From an uncultured Spirochaetota bacterium (GTDB lineage Bacteria; Spirochaetota; Brevinematia; Brevinematales; JAOACQ01), in contig CAVYGN010000001.1 of assembly GCA_963768055.1 (NCBI GenBank), forward strand, positions 1,440,001 through 1,504,000: 64,000 nt of DNA, in the 5' to 3' direction. The notes below the pieces were generated by a model. The model was not told where the DNA came from. It was given only the letters and a program-made list of their open reading frames with translations, and searched no databases. Position 1 is the stretch's first letter, and every line of letters begins with the position of its first letter. The position numbers and the translations under genes were made by a program. Shown in pieces: positions 1-10,341 of the stretch.

Positions 1-957
1 TACAATTCAAGAAAGGAAGCAGGGGATGGCCAGGTAAATATTGAAATTTCAGGAAGCGGACTTTCTTTAAACGGGATCGGAATAAATACGCCGGTTATAG
101 ATATATATACCGGAGAGGGTTTCGTTTACGGAGGGAAAAAGTACGGCGGAAGCGCCGCCGTTATCATTTCCAATCAAAGTATTTTTTTAATAAACTCGAT
201 AGATATCGAATCCTATGTAAAGGGTGTTCTTCCCGAAGAGGTTTCTCCCGCCTGGGACGCCGAGGCTTTGAAATCCCAGGCTGTCGTATCCAGGACCTTC
301 GCTATTTACGAAGTAGTAAATTCGAGGAAAAGCGGCAGAATATTCGACCTTTACGACGATACGCGCTCTCAGGCTTACGAAGGCCGCGAGAAGGAAACCA
401 GGCAGACTTCCTTCGCCGTAGATTCCACCTTGGGCGAGGTGCTGAGGTTCGACGGAAAGATAATCCAGGCCTTTTATCATTCTTCCAGCGGCGGCATGAC
501 CGAATCTTCATACGAAGTATTCGGGGATTACAAGCCCTATCTTACGCCTGTCGAATCGCCTTATTCTTCAGTGTATAAAGAAGACAGGTGGGAAGCCTCG
601 ATACCCGTTGACAGGGCCGGCCTCCTTTTAAAAATAACCAACAGGATCGAATCGGTAAAGGTAATCGAAAGGACCTCTTCCAAGAGAATTAAAACCGTCG
701 AGTTTGCCGATGCCGCAGGGCAAAAGACCCTTATTCATGGCAAGGAAATGAGGGAATTGCTGGGCCCGGCGCTTATGAAAAGCACCAGGGCAAACCTTAA
801 AATAACCAATGAATGTTTGTTATTAAACGGAACGGGTTACGGTCATGGAGTCGGCATGGGGCAATGGGACGCCCTCGGCATGTCAAAACAGGGGTATTCA
901 TACAAATATATCCTTACATATTTTTACAGGGGCGCCCTGGTAGAAAAAATATGGTAG
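1..957 (+). CDS. SpoIID/LytB domain lytic transglycosylase-like protein, 5' end outside window
   Basis: Frame is open from base 1. It reads INSIDIESYVKGVLPEEVSPAWDAEALKSQAVVSRTFA, then AFYHSSSGGMTE and GTGYGHGVGMGQWDA, which are SpoIID signatures. Confidence 0.9.
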   Translation, partial: YNSRKEAGDGQVNIEISGSGLSLNGIGINTPVIDIYTGEGFVYGGKKYGGSAAVIISNQSIFLINSIDIESYVKGVLPEEVSPAWDAEALKSQAVVSRTFAIYEVVNSRKSGRIFDLYDDTRSQAYEGREKETRQTSFAVDSTLGEVLRFDGKIIQAFYHSSSGGMTESSYEVFGDYKPYLTPVESPYSSVYKEDRWEASIPVDRAGLLLKITNRIESVKVIERTSSKRIKTVEFADAAGQKTLIHGKEMRELLGPALMKSTRANLKITNECLLLNGTGYGHGVGMGQWDALGMSKQGYSYKYILTYFYRGALVEKIW

Positions 958-965
958 GAGGCAGG

Positions 966-1979
966 ATGAAAAGCGCCTGCTGTTTTAAAAAAGAAGATGG
1001 GGGAAAAGTCCGTTGTCTTCTCTGCCCCCACAATTGCCTGATAAGCGATGGAAAGGCGGGGATCTGCGGCGCTAGGAAAAATATAAGCGGCGAACTTTAC
1101 AGCCTAAATTACGGGATAGTGTCGGGCTTATCGTTCGATCCGATCGAAAAAAAACCGCTCTATCATTATTACCCTTCCAGCGAGATCCTTTCGATCGGCA
1201 CGGTAGGATGCAATCTTCATTGCCCTTTCTGTCAAAACTACCATATTTCACGATATTTCGAAAATCCTTCACCGGCTATTAATGAAAGCGCCGGCCCCTC
1301 CGATATCCTGGCATACCTTGAAAACAGGTCCGGGATTTTCAGCCGTCCGGTTTTCGGAGGAGTAGCGTACACGTATTCCGAACCGATGGTCTGGATTGAG
1401 TTTGTGACGGATACGGCGGCTCTAATGAAAGAAAAGGGCTATAAAAATGTACTGGTAACAAACGGTTATATCAACAGAGGCCCGCTTGCCGGGCTTCTAA
1501 AACTGACCGACGCGGCAAATATTGACCTTAAAGCTTTTACCGAGGCCAATTACAGGAAACTCGGCGGAAGGCTGTCGCCTGTACTTGATTCGATAATCGA
1601 TTTTAAAAACGCTGGAATACACATCGAGCTCACCACCCTGGTCGTGACCGGACTTAACGACAATCTTGAAGAACTCAGGGAAATGATAAAGTGGATCGCC
1701 GGGGTTGACAGATCGATCCCTTATCATATATCGAGGTATTTTCCCCAATATATTTATAAAGAAAAGGCTACCGATACCGGTTTTATTAACGAAGTAAAAA
1801 ATTTGGCGGAAGAATATTTAGAATATGTTTATACAGGTAATATGGAGGGAGGAAGCGCAAGTTACTGCCCGTCCTGCAAAAATCTCCTGGTAGAAAGAAA
1901 AGGATACCTGACTTCGGTTGTAGGTATAAAAGCGGGAAACTGTGATAAGTGCGGCAGAAAGGCGGACTTCATACTATGA
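966..1979 (+). CDS. AmmeMemoRadiSam system radical SAM enzyme
   Basis: CLLCPHNC..GICGAR, DPIEKKPLYHYYP, GCNLHCPFCQN (CxxxCxxC), YTYSEP and C-terminal YCPSC..C..CG. ATG at 966 follows a GGAGG SD. Confidence 0.9.
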   Translation: MKSACCFKKEDGGKVRCLLCPHNCLISDGKAGICGARKNISGELYSLNYGIVSGLSFDPIEKKPLYHYYPSSEILSIGTVGCNLHCPFCQNYHISRYFENPSPAINESAGPSDILAYLENRSGIFSRPVFGGVAYTYSEPMVWIEFVTDTAALMKEKGYKNVLVTNGYINRGPLAGLLKLTDAANIDLKAFTEANYRKLGGRLSPVLDSIIDFKNAGIHIELTTLVVTGLNDNLEELREMIKWIAGVDRSIPYHISRYFPQYIYKEKATDTGFINEVKNLAEEYLEYVYTGNMEGGSASYCPSCKNLLVERKGYLTSVVGIKAGNCDKCGRKADFIL

Positions 1980-3454
1980 CGGCCATCGGGAAAGCGAAAA
2001 ACGGTTCTCCTACTATAATAAAAGACGGCTCTTATTTATTAAGCTCATACGGCCCCGAGCATGAGATTGACCGTTTCGTGGAAAGGCAGGGAGAGACTTC
2101 AGGGCGTTTTTTTATTCTTTTCGGGAGCGCCCTGGGATATACTGCAAACGCCCTTGAGAAAAAGGGAGTGAATAAAAAAGATATATTCGTATTCGAACCC
2201 GACCCTGTATGCCGGGAATTTATAGCGAATAGTCCCCGGGATTATATCATTCTTGATAAGGGACGGATCGACCCCGGCCAGTTTGAAAACAGGCTTATCG
2301 AACGAAAGAGGCCATGCATACTTGCGCTTGAATCGTTCATAAAATCATATCCCGCCGAATATTCGGATTTTACATCTCAGATATCCGGGTCCATTGGAAT
2401 AGCCGCGGAAAATATCAAGGTTTCATCTTTTTTTTCAAAAGTATGGTTCATCAATTTTATCCGGAACCTCGCTCTCTTCCTTTGCGATGAAAACTGTTAC
2501 TATATCAAAAATTTAAAGACTGAAAACCGGATGCCGGTTCTGGTCAGCGCCGCAGGCCCTTCCCTCGATAAATCTCTCTATAACCTAAGGCAGCGCCAGG
2601 GCAGCCTTATAATAATATCCGTTCTGCCGGCTGTAAAAACGCTATTAGACAACTCTATTAAACCTGATTTTATCGTTTTAAGCGACGGCGGGGTTTATAA
2701 CAAACTTCATTGGTCCGGCATTCCCGGAGGCATACCGGTTCTGGCGAGCATTTACAGCAGTAGCGCTCTTTTATCTTCAATTAATAACCCGAGGGTGTTT
2801 TATGACCTGGAGGAAGGGCTTAAAGGGATGGACTTTTCACTTGAATACCCCTCGGTTGCTATCGACGCCGGCATTCTGGCGAACAGGATAACATCCGGAG
2901 GGGTTGTTTTTGCAGGTTTCGATCTGGCTTATTCCCTCAAGGCCGGGAGTCACAGCCGGGGAAATCTTATCCGTGAAAGGGAGAGAACCAATTCGGACAG
3001 GCTGCTGTCATTTCAATCGAAAACCTCTTCATTCCTGCAAAGAACAGGCCTGTCTTCCGCAGGGACTAATAAAGATGAATACTTTACAAGCGCACAGTTC
3101 CTTCTTGTAAAAGAACTCGCCGAAAAAATGTTTGCAGGAAATTCCTTTGTCGCCGGAGGAACTGATTTTCTATCTTTGAACTCTTTCGATAACTTTAAGG
3201 ATATTGAATTGAAAGAGATCGATACCGGCATTAAGGCCGCCGCTTTGGAAGAAATTAAAAAAAGTTTTTCACATGGGCCGGATTTAAAGGATAGAATTAT
3301 TAAATCTGTCGGAGGGATCATGGGCCGGTTAAGTTCTTTTGAATCCGGCCTATGTTCAAGGATTTTTGTCAGGGAGTCGCTGATGGATATTCCCTTAAAA
3401 GAGCCGGCGCTTTATTATAAAGGCAAAATTGAAAGATTGTTTCAAATCGCCTAA
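1976..3454 (+). CDS. Maf/DUF115 (MptE-like) family protein, possible flagellin glycosyltransferase
   Basis: SAAGPSLDKSL, IKPDFIVLSDGG and VVFAGFDLAY motifs, plus N-terminal FGSALGY..VFEP. ATGA overlap with the upstream gene. Confidence 0.75.
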   Translation: MTAIGKAKNGSPTIIKDGSYLLSSYGPEHEIDRFVERQGETSGRFFILFGSALGYTANALEKKGVNKKDIFVFEPDPVCREFIANSPRDYIILDKGRIDPGQFENRLIERKRPCILALESFIKSYPAEYSDFTSQISGSIGIAAENIKVSSFFSKVWFINFIRNLALFLCDENCYYIKNLKTENRMPVLVSAAGPSLDKSLYNLRQRQGSLIIISVLPAVKTLLDNSIKPDFIVLSDGGVYNKLHWSGIPGGIPVLASIYSSSALLSSINNPRVFYDLEEGLKGMDFSLEYPSVAIDAGILANRITSGGVVFAGFDLAYSLKAGSHSRGNLIRERERTNSDRLLSFQSKTSSFLQRTGLSSAGTNKDEYFTSAQFLLVKELAEKMFAGNSFVAGGTDFLSLNSFDNFKDIELKEIDTGIKAAALEEIKKSFSHGPDLKDRIIKSVGGIMGRLSSFESGLCSRIFVRESLMDIPLKEPALYYKGKIERLFQIA

Positions 3455-4431
3455 AAATGCTCATACCCCTTTTTCAGCCCATCCCAATCCAGAATTTTTT
3501 CTTTATAGATAACTTCCCTTCCGTTTTTTTCAATTCGTCCAATGCAGGTCAGCTCTGCACCGGTTTCAGCAAGCACCCTTTCGGTATCGATTATATCGGG
3601 GGAAGTAAAGAGCACCTCGTAATCCTCACCCCCGCCTAAGGCAAAATTATAAAAATATTCCTCTGAGGAAGAAAAGGCCTCCCCTATCCTGTTTAAGGAC
3701 ATGGGAAGTTTTTCGACATAAATCCTGAAACCCGCCATACTTTCTTCAGCAATATGAGAAAGATCCGCCAGAAGCCCGTCGCTTATATCGATTGCGGCGC
3801 CGATCCTGAATTTCTTTTTAAGATACTGCATCAGGCTGACCCTGACGGCGGGCCTGTAATGTCTTTTTATGAAATAATCTTCATCAAGGACCGGCTTTTT
3901 CAAATCCCCTTTTATCAGGGAAAGACCTATGGAGCTGTCGCCTATGTTTCCGGTTAAATAAATATTTTCCCCCGCCATGGCATTACGGCGGAGTATCGGA
4001 GCCGAATCGGCATAACCTATCATTGTGACGGAGATAAAAACATTTGGGGAGCTTACAGTATCCCCTCCTATCAGGTCGAACGGCTGTTTTTCTCTTATAT
4101 CGAGCAAGCCTTCAATAAATGATTCAATTTCGTTTTCAGTTACGCTGCCGGATACTCCGAGCGTAAGGAGCGCATAAGCGGGAATACCGCCCATAGAAGC
4201 TATGTCGCTCATATTTACAGCTATGGATTTATAGCCGATATCGAAAAATCCGGCCGAACCTCTCAGGAAATGCACCCCCTCGACAAGCGCATCTGTTGTT
4301 ACAAGCATTTTCCCGGGCCCTGTTTTATCGATTACAGCGGCGTCATCGCCGATTCCTGTAACGGAATTATCACTCGGCATGAATAACTTCCTTATTTTAT
4401 CTATGAGTTCGAATTCGCTTAAATTATTCAT
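3451..4431 (-). CDS. thiL: thiamine-monophosphate kinase
   Basis: LSEFELI, GIGDDAAV, TTDALVEGVHF, VNMSDIASMGG, IGGDT, DISDGLLADL and GGEDYEVLFT. Confidence 0.95.
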   Translation of the reverse strand: MNNLSEFELIDKIRKLFMPSDNSVTGIGDDAAVIDKTGPGKMLVTTDALVEGVHFLRGSAGFFDIGYKSIAVNMSDIASMGGIPAYALLTLGVSGSVTENEIESFIEGLLDIREKQPFDLIGGDTVSSPNVFISVTMIGYADSAPILRRNAMAGENIYLTGNIGDSSIGLSLIKGDLKKPVLDEDYFIKRHYRPAVRVSLMQYLKKKFRIGAAIDISDGLLADLSHIAEESMAGFRIYVEKLPMSLNRIGEAFSSSEEYFYNFALGGGEDYEVLFTSPDIIDTERVLAETGAELTCIGRIEKNGREVIYKEKILDWDGLKKGYEHF

Positions 4432-6239
4432 TATACCTTTCCCAGATAAATTTCCATTATGCAACTGGAACAGTCGAACTTCAATGTAAAATCCGACCTG
4501 CCGTCCGTTAATGTAAGATCGCCGCCGCCATTACCGCATAATCCGAGTTCATATCTTAAGCAGTACCTGCATTTCATGATTTTTTTACCGTTCATTGGAA
4601 GGCCGCTTTCAGCGGCGCCTTCAATTTTTTTTACTCCATGCCGGAAATAAAAACTCCTGGCCTTATCATTCGACACATTATAAGTATAATCCAGAACTTT
4701 TTCAGGATATGGATATGATGTTTGTGAGAATATGCAAATTTCCCGTTTATAGCCCTTTTCCCTCTCAAGATCGAGTTTTGTTATTAATTCACGTCTCATA
4801 GCGTTAATCGTCTTTACCTGTAAAAATGGGATTTCCTTAAAGTCGATCCTTATATTTTCCGCCCTGTAAATTGTACCCCCAAGCCTGGATAGCTGTTTTT
4901 TAAGGGTTTTTTCACCATCGTCCCTGTTCAGGGCCGTGATTTTTTCAAACTTGAATTCCATCACAGCCTTAACCCCCTCGAGATCGTCTGCGGATAACCT
5001 CAGGCCTTCACCGGTTTCGCAAGCCAGGATATTTATAGGAATCAATCTTTCAATCTTTCCTCTTTCAAGCCTTTTAAGGAATTCATGGTTATGGTTCCTG
5101 TATATTGATGCATCTTTTATAATAAAACGCGAGTCGAAGGGGTAGATCTTACCATTTTCCACTTTATTTATAACGCCGCCGCTTAGAGTCCCGCCGCTGT
5201 CGTAATAACAGATGCCGTCTCCAGGTTTCAGGATATTTTCCTTTCCGCTTTCGATAGTGAAAAAACCCGGCCCGGTCTCATTTACTACGCCTATAAATTC
5301 TCCGGTCGATTTCTGGGTATGGACAGTCGCAAAACCATTCTTTCTTCCATTGATAAAATAATCTGTAAAACCCCTGCTGAATGTTTTATTCGCATCGGGG
5401 ACGAATTCAATATGGCTTTCACCGGAAGAAGATTTATCGAGGTTCATTGATTTTAATATTTTATCGAGCTTTCTCCTGTAATAACTGACGATGTTTTTAA
5501 TATAATCGGCCTCTTTTAACCTGCCCTCTATCTTGAAGGAAGAAACGCCCGCGTTTATCAGCTTGTCAAGATGATCCGAAAGATTCAAATCCTTAAGCGA
5601 AAGCAAATATTTGTTTTTTTCAAGCACCTGCTGACTTCCGTCTATAAGCGAATAGCTCATTCTGCAGGGCTGCGAGCAGACACCCCGGTTTGAACTCCTG
5701 CCGGTCAGCGCATAACTGAAATGACATCGTCCGCTGTAAGAAACGCAGAGGGCTCCATGGACAAAACACTCAAGTTCAATTGAAGTATGTTCACGGATAA
5801 AAGCGATTTCCTTAAGAGTAAGCTCTCTTGCAAGAATGGCCCGCTTAAAACCCGCCTGTTCGAGAAACTTTATCTTTTTCCAATCGGAGTTATCGGTCTG
5901 GGTACTTGCGATGAGTGGTATAGGAGGCAAATCTATTTCCAGCAGGCCCATGTCCTGAATGATCAGTCCGTCGGCGCCGGCTTCGAAAACTTCCCAGGCG
6001 ATATTCCGCGCCTCATCAATTTCATGATTTTGAAGGATAGTGTTAAGGGCTACATACACCCTGGCCCTGAAACGGCGGGCATAGGAAGAGAGCCTTTCAA
6101 TCGAGCCTGTAGTGTTCGCAGCTGCCGCCCTGGCGCTGAATTTACCGGCGCCGATATATACGGCATCCGCGCCGCAATTGACCGCCGCCAGGCCGCATGA
6201 AAGGTCCCGGGCGGGAGCTAATAATTCTATAGTTTTCAT
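4431..6239 (-). CDS. U32 family peptidase-like protein (RlhA-type RNA hydroxylase) with DUF3656-like C-terminus
   Basis: ELLAPA, GADAVYIG, ECFVHGALCVSYSGRC, SSNRGVCSQPCR, LSLKDL and SFKIEGR; about 600 aa long form. Confidence 0.85.
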   Translation of the reverse strand: MKTIELLAPARDLSCGLAAVNCGADAVYIGAGKFSARAAAANTTGSIERLSSYARRFRARVYVALNTILQNHEIDEARNIAWEVFEAGADGLIIQDMGLLEIDLPPIPLIASTQTDNSDWKKIKFLEQAGFKRAILARELTLKEIAFIREHTSIELECFVHGALCVSYSGRCHFSYALTGRSSNRGVCSQPCRMSYSLIDGSQQVLEKNKYLLSLKDLNLSDHLDKLINAGVSSFKIEGRLKEADYIKNIVSYYRRKLDKILKSMNLDKSSSGESHIEFVPDANKTFSRGFTDYFINGRKNGFATVHTQKSTGEFIGVVNETGPGFFTIESGKENILKPGDGICYYDSGGTLSGGVINKVENGKIYPFDSRFIIKDASIYRNHNHEFLKRLERGKIERLIPINILACETGEGLRLSADDLEGVKAVMEFKFEKITALNRDDGEKTLKKQLSRLGGTIYRAENIRIDFKEIPFLQVKTINAMRRELITKLDLEREKGYKREICIFSQTSYPYPEKVLDYTYNVSNDKARSFYFRHGVKKIEGAAESGLPMNGKKIMKCRYCLRYELGLCGNGGGDLTLTDGRSDFTLKFDCSSCIMEIYLGKV

Positions 6240-6247
6240 ATTAAATT

Positions 6248-6321
<74 letters not shown>

Positions 6322-6323
6322 AA

Positions 6324-6830
6324 TTAAAATGTAAGCTCCTCTTTTTTATAGAGGAACGGCGAAATGTAATAAAAGAGAGCGCCGATCAGGATGTTATAGA
6401 CAATCTCGCCGAACATTTTTAATAGAAGAAGCCAATCAAGTATCCAGGACCCCTTGAATATCAGGCTTAAAATGCAGAATAAAATATACTTAAGTATAGT
6501 GGCTATTGCGAGATATATCAAGTATGCCACAATATCGGAAACAAATATGTACTTCCTGTAAATGCTTGTAAACCAGCATATAAAAGTAAGTATGAAAGCA
6601 TTGAAGCCGAAAACTTCCCCGCTGAAGGTATCCTGGAGCAAACCTACAAAGAACCCGAAAATCTCCCCTTTGTATTCCCCCTTGTTTATACTGTGAAGAA
6701 CGCAGAGGATAATTAAAAGATCGGGATTGATTACATTAGGAGGGAAGGAAATAACGTATGAAAGCTGTATTGAAAGGAGGACTGCGATGACTATACCGAA
6801 AACCAGGTATGTCCTAATATTCTTTTTCAT
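6324..6830 (-). CDS. mreD: rod shape-determining protein MreD
   Basis: Hydrophobic protein with PDLLIIL..GFFVGLLQD motifs, directly downstream of mreC. Confidence 0.9.
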   Translation of the reverse strand: MKKNIRTYLVFGIVIAVLLSIQLSYVISFPPNVINPDLLIILCVLHSINKGEYKGEIFGFFVGLLQDTFSGEVFGFNAFILTFICWFTSIYRKYIFVSDIVAYLIYLAIATILKYILFCILSLIFKGSWILDWLLLLKMFGEIVYNILIGALFYYISPFLYKKEELTF

Positions 6831-6833
6831 CTT

Positions 6834-7712
6834 TCAATCGCCCGCTTTTTCAATAAGATTTCCGACATCGGCGTTTGGTTTCCATATAACAATAAAAACA
6901 TCCTTAGTCCTTGAATAATCGAATTCAGGCCTTACATACAATTTTTTAAAAAATTCTTCCGCCATGGGCTTCCCGATCCCGACTATTTTCCCGATAAGAA
7001 GTCCGGGAGGAAATATGTCGCTTTCTCCGGAAGTGATAACTTCCTCCCCTACAAATGTATCGGCTTCGACAGGTATATATTCAGCGACACAGTTCTGGTT
7101 CCAGGACCCGTTGCCCCTCAGTACGCCGACATATCCGCTGAATTTAAGCTCGACGCCGATATGCATATCCGCGGCAGTTATAATTCTGACTTTCGATGCT
7201 GAAGCGTTTACTTCCGCAGTTTTTCCGACCAGGAATATATCTCCGCTGGCGTTATATGATACTACCGGCATATCGGGTTTTATCTCGTCGAACGCCCCCT
7301 TGTCAATTATAAAATAATCGCCTGTAAGGCCGGGGTCCCTGTAAACTATTCGCGCATATTTGGTATTATATTCGATATGCGATTTAATGCCGATTAATTT
7401 TTTGTATTCTTCGTTTTCCTGCTGAAGTTGTGAAAAAGGCATCAAGGCCTTCTTGTATTTAGCAAGGCTTTCATTAGCGAGGCTCAATTCCTCCTCAAGC
7501 TCCCTGATCTTTGAAATAGCGACAAAGGAGTTAGAAAAGAAATCCCCGATGGATGAAATCGTATTTGGAAAAGGATCGGTTATAAAAAAAAATATAGTCC
7601 TCAAATTAAGGAAATTGACTTTTACATTTAAGAACATTAGAGTAACGGAAATTGAAAGCAGCAAGACAAAGGTGAAAAACGTTTTGTTTCTATAAAAATA
7701 TAGATTCTGCAT
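6834..7712 (-). CDS. mreC: rod shape-determining protein MreC
   Basis: N-terminal TM helix, coiled coil, IIDKG..I..DMPVV and VITSG..IFPPGLLIG; lies between mreB and mreD. Confidence 0.92.
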   Translation of the reverse strand: MQNLYFYRNKTFFTFVLLLSISVTLMFLNVKVNFLNLRTIFFFITDPFPNTISSIGDFFSNSFVAISKIRELEEELSLANESLAKYKKALMPFSQLQQENEEYKKLIGIKSHIEYNTKYARIVYRDPGLTGDYFIIDKGAFDEIKPDMPVVSYNASGDIFLVGKTAEVNASASKVRIITAADMHIGVELKFSGYVGVLRGNGSWNQNCVAEYIPVEADTFVGEEVITSGESDIFPPGLLIGKIVGIGKPMAEEFFKKLYVRPEFDYSRTKDVFIVIWKPNADVGNLIEKAGD

Positions 7713-7730
7713 CGGATATTACCTTAAATC

Positions 7731-8759
7731 CTATCCGAAATACTGGTTCTCGTATTTTTTTATGTTTTCAAGATATTTGCCCGCACCAAGTACATCGCAG
7801 GTCAGAGGGTTTTCAGAAAGAAAAACAGGTACGCCGGTATTCTTCGATATAAACTTCGGAAGGCCCCTGAGCAACGATCCTCCGCCCGCCATTACAACGC
7901 CCCTTTCGATGATATCGGAAGAAAGCTCGGGAGGAGTCTGGTCCAATGTTTGTCTTACTGCGTCAAGGACCTTGTTTACAGTTTCCTGGAGGGCTTCCCT
8001 GACCTCGACGCTGTCGATTTTAAGGATCCTCGGCAGTCCGCTGATAGCGTCTCTTCCCTTGATTTCCATGGTTTCAACGGTTTTCAGAGGGTAAGCGCTG
8101 CCTATCTTGATTTTTAGCTCTTCAGCCGTTCTTTCCCCTACAATGAGGTTATGATATTTTTTAAGATGGGACATTATCGATTCGTCGAATTTATCACCCC
8201 CGACCCTTATCGAATTACTTATAACTATACCGCCAAGCGATAGGACAGCCACTTCGGTAGTACCGCCGCCGATATCGATAACCATATGTCCGGCCGGTTC
8301 GTCGATCGGAATATTTGCGCCAAGCGCCGCCGCTTTCGGAGCCTCGATAAGGTAAATTTTAGTCGCGCCGGCCTGTTCTGCTGCTTCCCGTACCGCCCTC
8401 CTTTCCACTTCCGTAACCCCTGACGGGACTCCAATAACAACCCTGGGATGAACAAGCTTCCTTCGTGTCTGGCTTTTAGAAATGAAATATTTCATCATTT
8501 TCCCTACAACTTCAAAGTCGGCGATAACGCCTTCCCTCATCGGCCTTATCGCGACAATATCCCCCGGAGTCTTACCGAGCATGTTTTTAGCTTCCTTTCC
8601 GACAGCCATAACCTTTCCGGTCCCTGTTTGTATCGCAACGACCGAGGGTTCGGATAAAACGATCCCCTGCCCTTTTACATAAATGAGCGTATTGGCGGTG
8701 CCTAGATCGACAGCCAGATCGTTAATGAACGCATCCTTGATAACGCTTAGAAAGTTCAT
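7731..8759 (-). CDS. mreB: rod shape-determining actin homologue MreB
   Basis: [39 protein letters not shown] and GGGSLL. Confidence 0.98.
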   Translation of the reverse strand: MNFLSVIKDAFINDLAVDLGTANTLIYVKGQGIVLSEPSVVAIQTGTGKVMAVGKEAKNMLGKTPGDIVAIRPMREGVIADFEVVGKMMKYFISKSQTRRKLVHPRVVIGVPSGVTEVERRAVREAAEQAGATKIYLIEAPKAAALGANIPIDEPAGHMVIDIGGGTTEVAVLSLGGIVISNSIRVGGDKFDESIMSHLKKYHNLIVGERTAEELKIKIGSAYPLKTVETMEIKGRDAISGLPRILKIDSVEVREALQETVNKVLDAVRQTLDQTPPELSSDIIERGVVMAGGGSLLRGLPKFISKNTGVPVFLSENPLTCDVLGAGKYLENIKKYENQYFG

Positions 8760-9186
8760 ATATTCTCCTTCCCTCGATACCTGATTCTAATTTAATATTT
8801 TAACTGAGATTTAAAATTAATTCAAGGTTTCCCCCGGCTATCGTCATCGACCAATACAAGGGGCCGGGCCATCGAAAAACGAATATCAGCAAGTCATAGT
8901 CATTTTTCTTTTTTAATAGATTTCAAATCATAATACTTCAGTTCGAAGTGAATTTTTATCTGACATTATGAGAAAGTGTTAGAGCTGTCAACAAATAAAG
9001 ATGAAAATGCAAGCGCTTATTAGGGATCGTTTATTATAATTAATCGAAATTATAGCTAATTAAAATTTCTTTAATAAAAAAAGCATTCAATCAGTGCTTG
9101 CCGCCTTTATGAGCTAATACAGCTCATGCTTTCAACACAAGCACTTTCGAATAAGGAAGATAAAAATTTACTTCGTACAAAAGCTA

Positions 9187-9597
9187 TTATGATTGAGTCA
9201 CCCCAAACGTCCCGCATGTCAATTCACGCATGATCCTGGAAGCCTCTTTTTTTAAAGGGAACTCCTTTTCCTTCTTATGGAAATGTGTGTCATGCACTTT
9301 GAAGGACATTTTTTTATGGAAAACCCCTCTTCTGGAATGCTCGGCCAATTCCCGCCTGTCCTGAGCATGTAGCATTTCATGATAAATAACGAATTCCAAT
9401 ACCATGGAGGGTATCTTGCCGTTTTTCAGGATCGGATGGATCCTTATTTCGTTTTTCCTTGCATCGTAGGTCCCGAGAGTTAATTTTCTATATCTTTTTT
9501 TTATCAAACCCCTGCTCCACTTTATTGAAGGCGGATCGGGGTTTTGAAAATATGCCCTGTCGATCTTTTGTAAATATTCCTGCAATTCTATTTCCAT
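9187..9597 (-). CDS. SprT/YgjP-like zinc metallopeptidase domain protein
   Basis: IKWS..LGTY..IRIHP..VIYHEMLH (HExxH) followed by a downstream His (HDTHF). Confidence 0.7.
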   Translation of the reverse strand: MEIELQEYLQKIDRAYFQNPDPPSIKWSRGLIKKRYRKLTLGTYDARKNEIRIHPILKNGKIPSMVLEFVIYHEMLHAQDRRELAEHSRRGVFHKKMSFKVHDTHFHKKEKEFPLKKEASRIMRELTCGTFGVTQS

Positions 9598-10127
9598 CCC
9601 AATTTCTCCTTCGAGGCCTTAATGCTCTTATATTCATGAGCGGTAAGAAAAATAAGAAGAATATCGAGTACAGTCAGGGCACCTACCCAGAACGAGGGTT
9701 TGTAACTGAACATATAAGCCTGGGTAACGACAAATGCGAAGAGGACTATGATCGCCAGGGGATATGCCCAGAGCTTTCTCTTCCAGAGAAGAAAAACCAG
9801 GATTACTTTAACTATGCCATGAGAGAGCAGGTAATATACAGCAAAGTGCTGGGTTTGTAAAGAAAAGCTTTTGCACATCCTGAGAATATATGCCGCTATC
9901 AGGTCTTTCGGGTCTTCTGAAAGCCCCTGCTCTATAAGAAAATTCGCGATGCGCTTCATCCTGTCTGGAGTCAAAAACATAAGCAGGGAACCGCCGGCGA
10001 CCTCCAGGATTCCATTGATGCCTTTGAGCAGGATCCCTATTTCGAAACTGCCATGAAGAAGGTTGATCCTGTCGGAAAATAATTTTATTTTATTATAAAA
10101 CTTTTTTAGATGCTCGACTATTTTCAC
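9588..10127 (-). CDS. DUF2127 family membrane protein
   Basis: FEIGILLKGINGILEVAGG..YLLSHGIVK..WAYP..HEY; GTG start. Confidence 0.75.
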   Translation of the reverse strand: MKIVEHLKKFYNKIKLFSDRINLLHGSFEIGILLKGINGILEVAGGSLLMFLTPDRMKRIANFLIEQGLSEDPKDLIAAYILRMCKSFSLQTQHFAVYYLLSHGIVKVILVFLLWKRKLWAYPLAIIVLFAFVVTQAYMFSYKPSFWVGALTVLDILLIFLTAHEYKSIKASKEKLGWK

Positions 10128-10282
10128 CCGGTTTTCCTCTAACTATAAAAAATTCAAGCTAATATTTTAACTAAAGATAAGATTAAAGCAAGTTATCCCC
10201 GCCCTTAATGAGAGGTCGCAGCCATTGTGCCGGGCTGCCCGATCCGGTACCGCCGGAAACCGGGCATCCTCTATCCGCGACC

Positions 10283-10311
10283 TTGTCATTTTAAAATAAA
10301 ATTATTATAAT
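10283..10311 (+). promoter_or_regulatory. sigma70-type promoter of the glutaredoxin-FTR operon
   Basis: TTGTCA-N17-TATAAT. Confidence 0.65.
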
Positions 10312-10341
10312 AATCTAACGATGTTTTACGGGGAGTTGACC

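Noticed and set aside
813..965. N-terminal extension of the radical SAM ORF
   Set aside because: It overlaps spoIID, and a strong SD precedes ATG 966.
10197..10285. Hammerhead, twister, SRP RNA or known riboswitch identity for the GC-rich element
   Set aside because: It lacks the CUGANGA core, the SRP CAGG/AGCA loop and the riboswitch consensus motifs I recall, so it was kept only as an unknown structure.
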